From assembly GCA_964016885.1 (NCBI GenBank), contig OZ024741.1, positions 14,880,001 through 14,944,000 on the forward strand: 64,000 bases of DNA, given 5' to 3'. The notes below the pieces were generated by a model. The model searched no databases. It saw nothing but the letters and a program-made list of their open reading frames with translations, and was not told the origin of the DNA. Within the stretch, counting starts at the first letter, position 1. Each line of letters starts with the position of its first letter. This document shows positions 1-13,954 of this stretch, piece by piece. The DNA is from Eledone cirrhosa. Lineage: Eukaryota. The position numbers and the translations under genes were made by a program.

Positions 1-45
1 CGAGGGCTTTCCTGCCGTGACACTCCCCACCTTTCTTCATGTCTA

Positions 46-108
<63 letters not shown>

Positions 109-196
109 TATATACACATATATATATATGCGTGTGTGTATATATATATATATAAATATACATACATACGTGTATATACATATATATAAATACATG

Positions 197-234
<38 letters not shown>

Positions 235-238
<4 letters not shown>

Positions 239-436
239 AAAAAGTATGACCCCGACGGCAAATCTCAAGCCGTTTCGACGGCTATTTCTGGACTATTTCA
301 GTCCAGAAATAGCCGTCGAAACGGCTTGAGCTCTGCCGTCGGGGTCATAATTTTTCCTATTTCCGACTCTACTACCCTAAGTATTGAGTACTCTGGTGCG
401 TTATGGTAAATCTGGTTCCTTACCACAATTCCTTTG

Positions 437-438
<2 letters not shown>
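235..438 (+). mobile_element. Family A tail+fold-back element (putative non-autonomous Penelope-like/retrozyme-type), copy 1
   Basis: ~60-bp arms 235-294 / 300-359 around an ATTTC loop, then a ~78-bp tail ending CCTTTGTAA. Embedded in (TA)n. Homologous to six other copies in the window. Confidence 0.75.
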
Positions 439-500
<62 letters not shown>

Positions 501-521
501 TCACACACACACACACACACA

Positions 522-597
<76 letters not shown>

Positions 598-891
598 GAC
601 ATATATATTGATGCTGTTGCTTTCGTTGTTGTTGTTGCTGTCGTTGCTGTTGTTGTTGTTATATTTGTGTCAAATATCCAACAGCAATATAAACATTATA
701 CCAGCAGTGAGAAATGGATATAAAATTACTAAGACGTGTCAAGGGTCACTTTTGACGAAATGTTATTTTCTTCAGCAAATATATACGCACAAAATATATA
801 TGATTATATACCAATAGTGTAAACAATGACATACACATATACACGTACAGGCATACATATATACATGCATGCACACATACCAACATATGTA

Positions 892-956
<65 letters not shown>

Positions 957-1002
957 ATACATACATATGTATATATATATGTGTATATGTGTGTCTATGT
1001 AC

Positions 1003-1067
<65 letters not shown>

Positions 1068-1070
<3 letters not shown>

Positions 1071-1272
1071 CAAAGGAATTGTGGTAAGGAACCAGATGGA
1101 CCGTATCGCACCAGAGTACTCAATACTTAGGGTAGTAGAATGGGAAATAGGGTAAAGTATGACCCCGACGGCAGAGCTCAAGCCGTTTCGATGGCTATTT
1201 CTGGACTGAAATAGTCCAGAAATAGCCGTCGAAACGGCTTGAGCGCTGTCGTCGGGGTCATACTTTTTCCTA
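1068..1272 (-). mobile_element. Family A element, copy 2 (inverted relative to copy 1)
   Basis: Reverse complement of 235-438 with scattered substitutions. (TA)n on both sides. Confidence 0.75.
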
Positions 1273-1447
1273 TATATATATATACAAAGATAAATGTATC
1301 TACAACACAGCAGGTTTGTTGTTTGTTATCATAATACTAAAAGATAGATCAGAAATACGTGCCTACACACACACAGATGCACATATATATATAAACAAAC
1401 ACACACCCACACATAGACATACACACACGCACACAAAACACTCACAG

Positions 1448-1480
<33 letters not shown>

Positions 1481-1482
<2 letters not shown>

Positions 1483-1692
1483 ACGAAGGAAATGTGGTAA
1501 GGAACCAGGTGGACCATAACGCACCAAAGTACTCAATACTTGAGGTAGTAGAGTGGGTAATAGGAACCAGTAAGACCCCGACAGCTGAGCTCAAGCCGTT
1601 TCGACGGCTAATTCTGAATTAGCCGTCGACGGCTAATTCTGAATTAGCCGTCGAAACGGCTTGAGCTCAGCTGTCGGGGTCTTACTGGTTCC

Positions 1693-1694
<2 letters not shown>
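1481..1694 (-). mobile_element. Family A element, copy 3, with duplicated palindromic centre
   Basis: Tail TAACGAAGGAAATGTGGTAAGGAACC..., perfect arms GGAACCAGTAAGACCCCGACAGCTGAGCTC / reverse complement, 25-bp centre unit duplicated (1603-1652). Confidence 0.75.
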
Positions 1695-1723
<29 letters not shown>

Positions 1724-1913
1724 AGATATATAAATATACATGCATTCTTACATACAGACAAACAACCGAATACACAGACAAAGGAACATGAATGTATATA
1801 TTTGCATATATACGCATATGTAGGTTTATGAATTTATATATATATATATATACAGTATATATATATATATATATATATACAGACCTCCCCACACACACAC
1901 ACACCCTACACAC

Positions 1914-1961
<48 letters not shown>

Positions 1962-2274
1962 CCATACATACACATATATATATATATATATATATTTATA
2001 TATTTCGTTTCTGAATTTATTTAGCAAGATTCTTTATCTGAAAACGTGTGTTGAAACCGATATTGTTATACTTTGGGAGGGTCATGTTGCCAATAAGAAA
2101 CACACGCACCAGCTGCTTTCACTCCAATTTATTATAAATTAAATTTATAAATTTAAGAATTTATAAATTTCCGGTTGGTTGGTTCCTCTGTGACCTCTTC
2201 AGTGACTGGGGATTCTTTTCTTTATTTTTGTGCCTCTCTTTGTTCTGTCCTACGCCATCTTGTTTTTTATATCT

Positions 2275-2413
<139 letters not shown>

Positions 2414-2850
2414 CTGTGTGTGTATACACTTACTTTTCAAGTATAACCCTTCGCTCATGTCTATCTATCCTGTTTTGTGCAGAGATACATGCACGGGGAA
2501 TTATTTGAACTTCTCGGAACTCCATGTCAGGCTGTTAGTATGGTTTATCTATGTTCTGTATTGTTCGTCTCCACAACACATGTAACAACCTCTCACTGAT
2601 TGGTCCATTTTATTTTTTATTTTTTAGTTGTCCACAAGGAGGTAGTGAAGTACTAAAAATATGACATGGACTATTTTATACTATAATTAACTTTATCACA
2701 TTTCTATTAAATCTATGAGGTACAACCACGTAATTGTATGATCATTACCAGCAATGACTAACAATCATATATCTGTTAGTAGAGAGATTAGTATCAGGTT
2801 TTATTTCACCTATTTGCTTCTAGATAATTGGCTATCCTAAAACTATTTAG

Positions 2851-2955
2851 CTTTACAGGGTCGATAAAACAAAGTACCAGTAATGTACTGGGGTTTATTT
2901 AATCGTCTTTCCCCTTCGCCCAAATTGCTGGCCTTGTGCCTAAAGTAGGAACAAT
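2851..2955 (+). mobile_element. tRNA-derived octopus-type SINE, 3' fragment
   Basis: GGGTCGATAAAA..AAAGTACCAG...AAATTGCTGGCCTTGTGCC matches the other SINE copies in the window. Confidence 0.8.
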
Positions 2956-3219
2956 TATTATTTTATATATATATGACGTGGTTGCCTAAACACTGTACGG
3001 AGTAATTCGGGCTGCTTGTTTACAAACAAACCGAACATTATAATAAATGTTCGGTAAACCGATACGTATATATATATATATGTTTACATGTATGTATATA
3101 TATAGATACTACTGTGCGTCTGTATACATATATGTATGTACGTATACATACATATATACTTACATTTAAGTAAGTGACGTACTAAGAGTGAGAAATGAAA
3201 TTTCGTTTCATTCTGTTCC

Positions 3220-3280
<61 letters not shown>

Positions 3281-3747
3281 CATTTATATATATTAATTTA
3301 TATATATATTTATACATTTGTATCTACACATTAAGATTTAGATAATTAACACATTTAAAACACAAACTTATTCCATAAACCCTCCCTCTCATTGTATCTC
3401 CTTCTTCACCCCCTCTCTCGGCCCTCTCATTCTCACAAACACATGTATGTATTTAATGATATATACACGCTTGCAGGCTTGCACATACACATAGATACAC
3501 ACATATATACAATGATCCACACATGCATTTATACATAGCTACACCTACATATGCACATAAATACATACATTCATACATATATACATACATGCATATATAC
3601 CTTACATATATATATATACATACATACATGCATAAACAGACACACAGACATGTTAAGACATAGATACATACATAGACAGATATACAGGTACACACACACA
3701 AATACATACATACACACTCACACACACAGACACACACATACACAGAG

Positions 3748-3825
<78 letters not shown>

Positions 3826-3877
3826 CCTTCCGTCTACATTAACAGATGCAGTTTAATTCATCTTTTACATGGTAGGA

Positions 3878-3944
3878 CACGTGACCTTGAGCCTGGGAAC
3901 CGATAACGTTGACCTCGTTTGACCTCACACTATCAACATGGCGG
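3878..3944. promoter_or_regulatory. Candidate cis-regulatory motif cluster (E-box, extended nuclear-receptor half-site, DR4, YY1-like)
   Basis: CACGTG 3878-3883, TGACCTTGA 3882-3890, TGACCT-CGTT-TGACCT 3910-3925 and AACATGGCGG 3935-3944 in a unique island between microsatellites. Confidence 0.3.
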
Positions 3945-3960
3945 AGAGACACTGGATCAT

Positions 3961-4270
3961 TGGTGGTGGGGTGTGGGGGAAGTGGTTGTGTGGTGGTTTG
4001 GTGGTGTGATCGTATGGGTAGTAGTGGTGGTGAGGTGGCAGTGGTAGTGGTGGTGTGGTGGTTTGGTGGTGTGATTGTATGGGTAGTAGTGGTGGTGGGG
4101 TGTGGGGGAAGTGGTTGTGTGGTGGTTTGGTGGTGTGATCGTATGGGTAGTAGTGGTGGTGTGGTGGCAGTGGTAGCGGTGTGTTGTAGTGTGTGTGGTG
4201 TAGTGTAGGAGTGTAGTGATGTAGTATAATGAGGTGATGTGGAGTGGTGTGGTGAAATATGGTGTGGTGT
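3961..4270. repeat. GT-rich low-complexity tract with internal direct duplication
   Basis: GGTGGGGTGTGGGGGAAGTGGTTGTG...GATCGTATGGGTAGTAG occurs twice. Confidence 0.8.
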
Positions 4271-4506
4271 GAGCAAAGATGTTTGGGGGGATAAGGTGCA
4301 GAGAGAAGTGAGAGGAGGTACTGCTATCACTGAAATCACGTGACATGACGTCAATGAGAGATGAAAATGCTGGAAACAAAATGGCGTATTTTTGACACTG
4401 TTTGAAAGTAACACAGACTGCTCCATAAACTGATGTTGAATAATTTGAACACGTATGTATATATGTATGTATGTATGTATATATGTATGTATATATATGT
4501 ATGTAT

Positions 4507-4973
4507 ACAAAGGACGGAAGAACTCATAAGGGTCAACGGCCATCCAAAAGTGTGTAAATATGTATATACACATGTAAATGTGTGTGTATATGTGTATATG
4601 CATGGGTGCATGGGTGTGTATATGCGCGGGGACATAGAAATAGTCGGGTTGGACACCCGATCGCGCGGTTAAACCACTGGGAGTGAAGGACCCCTAGCCT
4701 TTGTCAGGGCATTCTTCTAGAAGAAGGCCACTCAGGAAACTGGGATAACTCCGATATAAAACTTGCGGCTCAGTAGTTACAGATGATGTAGATCTTTTCT
4801 TCTTTTCGGGTTATAGCTACTGTCTCTCAGAGAGTGGGATTGGCTCAGTGCACAGTCTTTCCTCACTTTAAAAAAATCTTCACGCACAGGCATTGCACCA
4901 TAGAATTAATTAATTATTATTAATAATGGTATATCGTGCAATAGCCATACTCGATAACGAGAGGGCAGCCATC

Positions 4974-5006
<33 letters not shown>

Positions 5007-6058
5007 TGTATGTATGTATGTATGTATGTATGTATGTCAGTATGGAGAGATGACCCCTTAGCCTTTGTCAAGGCAGAATTCTAGGAGAAGGAAAACTCTG
5101 ATATAACACCTGCAACCTTGATGGTATCCAATGATGTTGACTTGTTCTTCTTTTTGGTAAATATCATCTTGGTTAAGAGAGTGGGACTGGCTTTGTGCAG
5201 TGCCTTTGCTCACTATAAAAGCTTCACGGCACAGGCATTGCTTTATATATGGAGATCTCTCTACACTTGTCGTCACATGGTACCATGGGCCCAGCACTAT
5301 GTGTCAGTAATTGTCACAGGTGTAGTGTTTTCAAGTCGCTGGCTGGACTAAAAAGTCACACTCGTTCAGCACATCAGTAGGGGTTCTCCTACATGGATAT
5401 AAAGTAGTGGCCGTACTCGAAAACGAGTTGGTAGCCATCATCATGTCAGTATGTATGTATGTATGAATTATGTATGTATGTATTATGTCAGGTCACCAGT
5501 TGGTGCTACTGGTAACATTATCCCAGTACAACCTGTCTCATGGTCGGGTCGTTGGCGACTAAACTGGCAACCCCACCAAGGTTTCTTGGTGAGGAGGGTG
5601 ACTTTGGACATCTTGCACTACTAAAAACAAAACCTGTCAAAGGGCAAAGGAGCTCTTAATAGTCAATAGCCATCCAAAATCACCGGGAAAGATGACCCCT
5701 TAGCCTCTGTCAAGGAAAACTCTGATATAACACCGATGATGTTGACTTGTTCTTCTTTTTGGTAAATATCATCTTGGTTAAGAGAGTGGGACTGGCTTTG
5801 TGCAGTGCCTTTGCTCACTATAAAAGCTTCACAGCACAGGCATTGCTTTATATCTGGAGATCTCTCTGCACTTGTCGTCACATGGTAACATGGGCCCAGC
5901 ACTATGTGTCAATAATTGTCACAAGTGTAGTGTTTGTACCAGAGTTTTCATGTCGCTGGCTGGACTAAAAAGCCACACTCGTTCAGCGCATCGGTGGGGG
6001 TTCTCCTACATGGATATAAAGTAGAGGCCGTACTCGAAAACGAGTTGGCAGCCACCAT
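4507..6058 (+). mobile_element. Three tandem copies of a ~550-bp dispersed repeat, each ending in (TATG)n (Family I, SINE/LINE-UTR-like)
   Basis: Copies at ~4507-4974 (diverged, interrupted), 5045-5441 and 5487-6058 share GACCCCTTAGCC...AGAGTGGGACTGGCT...GTACTCGAAAACGAGTTGG..GCCA. Each is followed by a TATG tract. Confidence 0.75.
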
Positions 6059-6478
6059 GTATGTATGTATGTATGTATGTATGTATGTATGTATGTATGT
6101 ATGTATGTATGTATGTATGTATGTATGTATGTATGTATGTATGTATGTATTCCTAAGAATAAAAACAGTTCTATTAATGTAGAAGCCATTTCTATATTAA
6201 ATATATATATATATATATAAATATAAATTTAGGGAGAATCGCATTTCGGCGGGTAGAAATTAGCGAAACTTCCATATTGTGCAGACAAGTGCTCCATGGA
6301 TATGAAGAAGATACCAGAGCTATAAACATAAGTTAAAATGGTCATACACGTTGAAACGATGCTTAAGAAGGCATTAACCACCATAACCAAAAGAGCGGAC
6401 AAGCTAAAAGGGTCAAACAAAATGAGATATGATTGAAATATTTACCCGGACACTCGGGGAAGATATATATATATATAT

Positions 6479-6653
6479 GAAAAGATTCAGGACCCCGACG
6501 GCTGAGCTCCGGCCATCTGGACAGCTAGATCCGAAACGGCAAGAGCTCAGCCGTTGGGGTCCAGAATCTTTTCATATTACCCACTCTGCTTCTCCAAGTA
6601 TCAAGTACTCTGGTGCGTTAAGGTCCATCTTTTGTCTTACCACATCCTCTTTG

Positions 6654-6656
<3 letters not shown>
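6479..6656 (+). mobile_element. Family A element, diverged subfamily copy
   Basis: Arms GAAAAGATTCAGGACCCCGACGGCTGAGCTC / GAGCTCAGCCGTTGGGGTCCAGAATCTTTTC, plus homologous tail, in (TA)n. Confidence 0.7.
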
Positions 6657-6745
<89 letters not shown>

Positions 6746-6748
6746 GCG

Positions 6749-6860
6749 TCCCGGGTGCAATAGAGGTAACTGCAGTTAGTAAGGTTTCATATAGAAATGA
6801 GTTTTCCAGGACTAGAACTGTTTCATAAAAGGAAATCATCAGGAAAGCCCTGATGATTTC
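6749..6860 (-). mobile_element. Family B tail+fold-back element with a mutated hammerhead
   Basis: Minus strand reads TTC-CTGATGA-TTTCCTTTTAT-GAAA-CAGTTCTAGTCCTG-GA. Homologous to 39855-40064. Confidence 0.6.
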
Positions 6861-6971
6861 TAAAACATCATGTTAAATAAATGTGTGCGCGCGTGTGTGC
6901 ATCTATGCCTGTGTCTGTGTGTGTGTCTATGTGTGTGTCAATGTGTGTGTGTGTCTGTGTGTGTGTGTGTA

Positions 6972-7002
<31 letters not shown>

Positions 7003-7274
7003 GTGTCTGTCTGTCGGTGTATATATTGATCACAATATTTATATATATATATATATATATATATTGTGATGAATCGTATGATGCCTGAAATAATGGGGTC
7101 ACAAGAGTGAAAGATCACATCCCTAGTTCACTGAAATCTTTGTGATCCTCAGCGGACAGCTGATAATATAGAGGTGTGACCGATATTGAGTATCTGATTC
7201 CATCATGTGTGTTCAGATTTTAACTGATATAGATATATAATTGCTATTAACCAGCCCAGGCTTTCCTTTTATGT

Positions 7275-7332
<58 letters not shown>

Positions 7333-7422
7333 GAAGGGTGTCCCAAAAATGTGTTCACACATTAACAGAATTCTAATCAAAGTGTGTATATATCTCTCTC
7401 TTTATATATATATATATAATTT

Positions 7423-7483
<61 letters not shown>

Positions 7484-7485
<2 letters not shown>

Positions 7486-7531
7486 GCTGTATCATATATA
7501 TTCATATATATATATATATGTATATAGCTGT

Positions 7532-7566
<35 letters not shown>

Positions 7567-7584
7567 CTGTATCATATTTATACA

Positions 7585-7682
<98 letters not shown>

Positions 7683-7905
7683 GTATAAATATGATACAGC
7701 TATATACATATATATAAATATGATACAGCTATATACATATATATATATATGATACAGCTATATACATATATATATATATATGATACAGCTATATATATAT
7801 ATATATATATGATACAGCTATATACATATATATATATATGATACAGCTATATATATATATATATATGATACAGCTATATACATATATATATATATATGAT
7901 ACTGC
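7484..7905. repeat. ATGATACAGCT-(TA)n minisatellite in two opposed blocks
   Basis: AGCTGTATCAT units at 7484-7575 face ATGATACAGCT units at 7691-7905. Confidence 0.75.
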
Positions 7906-7960
7906 TATATACAATATAAATATGACAGAAAAATATGACGGTCCAAAATTCTGGAGTCGA

Positions 7961-8452
7961 ACCATACACTTGCCGAACCATACTCTTGCCGGACCATACA
8001 CTTCCAAGATCATACACTTGCCGGACCATACACTTGCCGCACCATACACTTGCCGGACCATATCTTACCAGACCATACACTTGCTGGACCATGCACTTGC
8101 CGGACCATACAGTTACCGGACCATACACTTGCCGGACCATACCCTTGCCAGGGCATACACTTGCCGGACCATGCACTTGCCGGACCATGCACTTGCTGAC
8201 CATGCACTTGCCAGACCATACACTTGCCGGACCATACACTTGCCTGACCATACACTTGTAGGACCATACACTTCCCAGACCATACACTTGCCCGGACCAT
8301 ACACTTGCCAGACCATATCTTGCCAGATCATACACTTGCCGGACCATGCACTTGCCGGACCATACACTTGCCTGACCATACACATGCTGCACCATAAACT
8401 TGTCGGACCATACACTTGCCGGACCATACCCTTGCCAGAGCTCATACTTGCA
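7961..8452. repeat. 16-bp tandem minisatellite (GCCGGACCATACACTT), ~30 copies
   Basis: Direct 16-bp periodicity, e.g. CCATAC at 8121 and 8137. Confidence 0.95.
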
Positions 8453-8652
8453 GTATAGTAGTGTATGGTATTACGAGGCTAAGACCACCCAACAGAATTT
8501 ACAATAACTTTTAGTGTATATAGAAATATTTCTGGATTAAATGACGGCTTTGTTGTTACTGTCATGTCAGACAAGGATGAATAGGATGGGAGTAAAGGGA
8601 CGGGGGAACCTATCGATGATTCACCCCAATATATATGTATATATATACACAC

Positions 8653-8683
<31 letters not shown>

Positions 8684-8873
8684 CACATCAGCTCCTCTTC
8701 TACTACCCCCTCCCCCGTCCCAGCAACAATTTTTTATTGGAACCTCCTCCACTTCCACCAAGCGTGAACATAACTGTAAAAATTGCCTTCTGTGTTTTCC
8801 TTGTTTCATTTATTAACTCTATATATCTATACATATATATATCTATATATATATCTATATCTATCTATATATC

Positions 8874-8930
<57 letters not shown>

Positions 8931-8931
8931 A

Positions 8932-9022
<91 letters not shown>

Positions 9023-9045
9023 ATATATATGTGTATATATATATG

Positions 9046-9119
<74 letters not shown>

Positions 9120-9234
9120 TAGATATATAGATATATAGATATAGATATAGATATTTAAAGGTTAAACAAGGCTGAAATATGTATAATAAAATATACTTGA
9201 TCACACGAATGTCTATTTTTGTTAATATTTTGAA

Positions 9235-9317
<83 letters not shown>

Positions 9318-9327
9318 ATATTCATAC

Positions 9328-9387
<60 letters not shown>

Positions 9388-9399
9388 TTATATTCATAC

Positions 9400-9476
<77 letters not shown>

Positions 9477-9545
9477 TTAATATTCATACATATATATATA
9501 TATGTATATATATATATAGAGAGAGAGAGAGATTTATATTCATAC

Positions 9546-9606
<61 letters not shown>

Positions 9607-9816
9607 TTTATATTCATACACATATATATATATATATAAAGACTAACAGACGGAAACTGTGTAGGAGACAGTTGGATGGATTGCACCTTTAATTCAAAAA
9701 TCTACCCTTGATACTCTATGTAAGATCGTGTCAGTGACGTGTGTATGTGTAGGTGTGTGTAGGTGTGTGTAGTTGTGTGTAGGTGTGGGTTAATACATAC
9801 ATATATAAAGATACAT

Positions 9817-9864
<48 letters not shown>

Positions 9865-10074
9865 ACGGCGACTATGATGACGATGATTATGTTGATAGCG
9901 GCGACGATTACGATGATGATGATGATGAAGTTACTGGTAGTGGAATGGTAGAGAGAGAGGTAGCGAGAGAGAGGTAGCGAGAAAGAGAGCTAGAGAGAGA
10001 GAGAGCTAGAGAGAGAGAGAGAGAGAGATAGAGAGAGAGAAGTGGTAGAGAGAGAGAGCTAGAGAGAGACTGCT

Positions 10075-10106
<32 letters not shown>

Positions 10107-10347
10107 AGAGAGAGAGAAAGAGAAAGAGAGAGAGAGAGAGAGGGAGAGAGAGAGAGGTATAAAGAGAGAGTTGTTCATCCAAGTCCTAACAGTAATAAGA
10201 AATTGGTGTTTTAAAATGGCCGCTGCACACTTTAAATTAAAATTTGCCCATGAATACAATTCTATTCTCTCGGGAGACACCATGCATACAATTTGTTCAA
10301 CATCCTTGTTGCTCTGGCTGTTCTCATTATTTTTATTATTGTTGTGG

Positions 10348-10382
<35 letters not shown>

Positions 10383-10484
10383 CTTCTTCTTCTTCTTCTT
10401 CTTCTTCTTCTTCTTCTTTTTCTTCTTTTCTTCTTCTTCTTATTATTATTGTAGTAGTAGCAGCATCAAAACACCAACACGGAC

Positions 10485-10528
<44 letters not shown>

Positions 10529-10532
10529 CAGC

Positions 10533-10572
<40 letters not shown>

Positions 10573-10659
10573 GTAGTAGTAATTGTGTTGGTGGTATTAG
10601 TGTTGCTGTATCGATGTCTCAATACAGAGAGAGAGGGGGAGGGAGACGGAGAGAAAGCG

Positions 10660-10696
<37 letters not shown>

Positions 10697-10832
10697 GAGG
10701 GTATTTTAACCTTCCTATTATAATGACATCCTGGGTGTTTATAACAGTTTGCCTTCTGATATCACAGTTGACTGGTATATAAACATGTGTAGAGGCATGC
10801 TGCTGATGGAGTGTATATAATGGGGTGTATTT

Positions 10833-11620
10833 GGTGGTGGTGGTGGTGGTGGTGGTGGTGGTGTAGTGGTGGTGGTGTGGTGGTGGTGTGGTGGTGGTGG
10901 TGGTGTGGTGGTGGTGGTGGTGGTGTGGTGGTGGTGGTGGTGGTGTAGTGGTGGTGGTGTGGTGGTGGTGTGGTGGTGGTGGTGGTGGTGTGGTGGTGGT
11001 GGTGTAGTGGTGGTGGTGGTGGTGGTGGTGGTGGTGGTGGTGTAGTGGTGTGGTGGTGGTGTGGTGGTGGTGGTGGTGTGGTTGTGGTGGTGGTGTGGTG
11101 GTGGTGTGGTGGTGGTGGTGGTGGTGGTGTAGTGGTGTGGTGGTGGTGTGGTGGTGGTGGTGGTGTGGTTGTGGTGGTGTGTGGTGGTGGTGTGGTGGTG
11201 GTGGTGGTGTGGTGGTGGTGTGGTGGTGGTGGTGGTGGTGTGGTGGTGGTGGTGTGGTGGTGTAGTGGTGGTGTGGTGGTGGTGGTGGTGTGTTTGTGGT
11301 GTGGTGGTGATGTGGTGGTGGTGTGGTGGTGGTGGTGGTGTGGTGGTGGTGTGTTGGTGTGGTGGTGTGGTGGTGGTGTGGTGGTGTGGTGGTGGTGTAG
11401 TGGTGTGGTGGTGGTGTGGTGGTGGTGGTGGTGTGTTGGTGTGGTGGCGGTGTAGGTGTTAAGTGGTGTGGTGGTGGTGTAGATGTAGAGTGGTGTAGTG
11501 GTAGTGTAGGTGTAGAGTGGTGTGGTGGCGGTGTAGGTATAGAGTGGTGTGGTGGTGGTGTAGGTGTAGAGCGGTGTGGTGGCAGTGTAGGTGTTAAGTG
11601 GTGTGGTGGTGGTGTAGATG
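10833..11620. repeat. (GGT)n-rich tract grading into a ~21-bp GT-rich repeat
   Basis: Low-complexity GGT/GT runs, then GTGTAGAGTGGTGTGGTGGCG units. Confidence 0.9.
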
Positions 11621-11763
11621 CAACGATGGTTGCTATATATGTGAAGGGATGTAGTGGGTGTGGCAGGGTGTATATCTAGAGCCTGGGTGTTTATGTAAGG
11701 CGTGGGTATAGGTAGGGATGTAGTAGGTGTGTCTATGCAGGGGTGTGAGTGTGAACATGAAGG

Positions 11764-12628
11764 GGTGGCTCTATGTATGTTGTGGCCGGGTGGCTCTATG
11801 TATATTGTGGCCGAGTGGCTCTGTATATGTTGAGGCCGGGTGGCTCTGTATATGTTGAGGCCGGGTGGCTCTGTATATGTTGAGGCCGGGTGGCTCTGTA
11901 TATGTTGAAGCCGGGTAGCTCTATATATGTTGTGGCCCGTGGCTCTATATATGTTGTGGCCGGGTAGCTCTATATATGTCGAGGCTGGGTGGCTCTGTAT
12001 CTGTTGATGCCGGGTGGCTCTGTATATGTTGTGGCCGGGTAGCTCTATATATGTCGAGGCTGGGTAGCTCTATATATGTTGAGGCCGGGTGGCTCTGTAT
12101 ATGTTGAGGCCGGGTGGCTCTGTATATGTTGAGGCCGGGTGGCTCTGTATATGTTGTGGCCGGGTAGCTCTATATATGTTGTGGCCGGGTAGCTCTATAT
12201 ATGTCGAGGCTGGGTGGCTCTGTATATGTTGAGGCCGGGTGGCTCTGTATATGTTGAGGCCGGGTGGCTCTGTATATGTTGAGGCCGGGTGGCTCTCTAT
12301 ATGTTGAGGCCGGGTGGCTCTGTATATGTTGAGGCCGGGTGGCTCTGTATATGTTGTGGCCGGGTAGCTCTATATATGTTGTGGCCGGGTAGCTCTATAT
12401 ATGTCGAGGCTGGGTGGCTCTCTATATGTTGAGGCCGGGTGGCTCTGTATATGTTGAGGCCGGGTGGCTCTCTATATGTTAAGGCCGGGTGGCTCTCTAT
12501 ATGTTGAGGCCGGGTGGCTCTGTAAATGTTGAGACCGGGTGGCTCTGTAAATGTTGAGGCCGGGTGGCTCTGTATATGTTGAGGCCGGGTGGCTCTGTAA
12601 ATGTTGAGGCCGGGTGGCTCTGTATATG
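11764..12628. repeat. 25-bp tandem minisatellite (GGTGGCTCTGTATATGTTGAGGCCG), ~34 copies
   Basis: 25-bp periodicity (CTGTAT at 11821 and 11846) with recurring variant units. Confidence 0.95.
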
Positions 12629-12961
12629 CAAAGATGGCGACTGTGTGTTGAATAGTGGATGTATAGACGTAGGAATGAGGTGGATGTATATAAAGCCGAG
12701 GTGACTGAGTATAGGTAGGTGTGGCGCCTGTGTAACGTGTGTGTATATAGTGGTTGGTTAGTGTGTATAGGGTTAGTGTGTATATGATGTATGGGTAGAT
12801 GTGTAAGTATGTGTAGTGGTGGGTATGTGTATATATGTATATGTGTGCGTGAGTGGATGTGATTAGTTTCCCTGTTATTATAACGTTAGTGTTTACCTCA
12901 AGGGACCAAATATATACTTATACACACTTACACACACATGCACATTTATATGTGTATATAT

Positions 12962-13032
<71 letters not shown>

Positions 13033-13082
13033 CATATATATACATACACATACATATATATATATACATACACACACACGCG

Positions 13083-13140
<58 letters not shown>

Positions 13141-13280
13141 GCTGATGCATGTAATGTGTATATTATTTGTAACATGGTTGACTGGTTCGGATAATAAATA
13201 GTACATGTTTGGAGTCACCTCATCAGTAAATGTTGTCATCTTCTATCTATAAGTATACAACACAAATTACACACACATAC

Positions 13281-13316
<36 letters not shown>

Positions 13317-13332
13317 TTCTTCATATACATAC

Positions 13333-13396
<64 letters not shown>

Positions 13397-13422
13397 TGTA
13401 TATATATATATATTATATATAT

Positions 13423-13512
<90 letters not shown>

Positions 13513-13521
13513 TATATATAT

Positions 13522-13678
13522 ATAAAACAAATACATACACAAATACAAACATATATACATACATATATGAGTGTATATATATATATAAACACACATATAT
13601 GAAGAAATGTATATTACACACACATACGTATATATATATCCGTATGTGTGTGTAATATACATTTCTTCATATATGTGT

Positions 13679-13728
<50 letters not shown>

Positions 13729-13777
13729 TCATATATGTATGTATATATGTTTGTATTTGTGTATGTATTTGTTTTAT
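13522..13777. repeat. Inverted repeat (fold-back) of low-complexity sequence, followed by a unique tail
   Basis: ATAAAACAAATACATACACAAATAC...GAAGAAATGTATATTACACACACATACG mirrored around a short TA centre. One internal TA tract differs in length between arms. Confidence 0.8.
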
Positions 13778-13954
13778 CCCTGTATCTGTGTGTGGCAGTT
13801 GTCTCTATATATTGATAACTACACATGTAGTATGTGATTTGTACAGCGTTAGGTTAGCCGTGTCCAAACAAACATTTGAGCGAACATAATCCTACACGTG
13901 GCTATAACCGATAGCAATCTTAATAATACAGATTAAGAGGACACTTTATAAGAT

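Noticed and set aside
2160-2210. Minus-strand CTGAAGA...GAAA hammerhead-like match
   Set aside because: No stem I complement and an extra base before GAAA, so at best a relic.
3827-3951. Possible exon with AG/GT boundaries on the minus strand
   Set aside because: All three frames contain stops, and the plus-strand frames are also closed.
5490-5605. HDV-like, twister or pistol ribozyme in the Family I leader
   Set aside because: Could not assign P1/P3/P1.1 or the twister/pistol conserved motifs consistently. Kept only as a generic structured leader.
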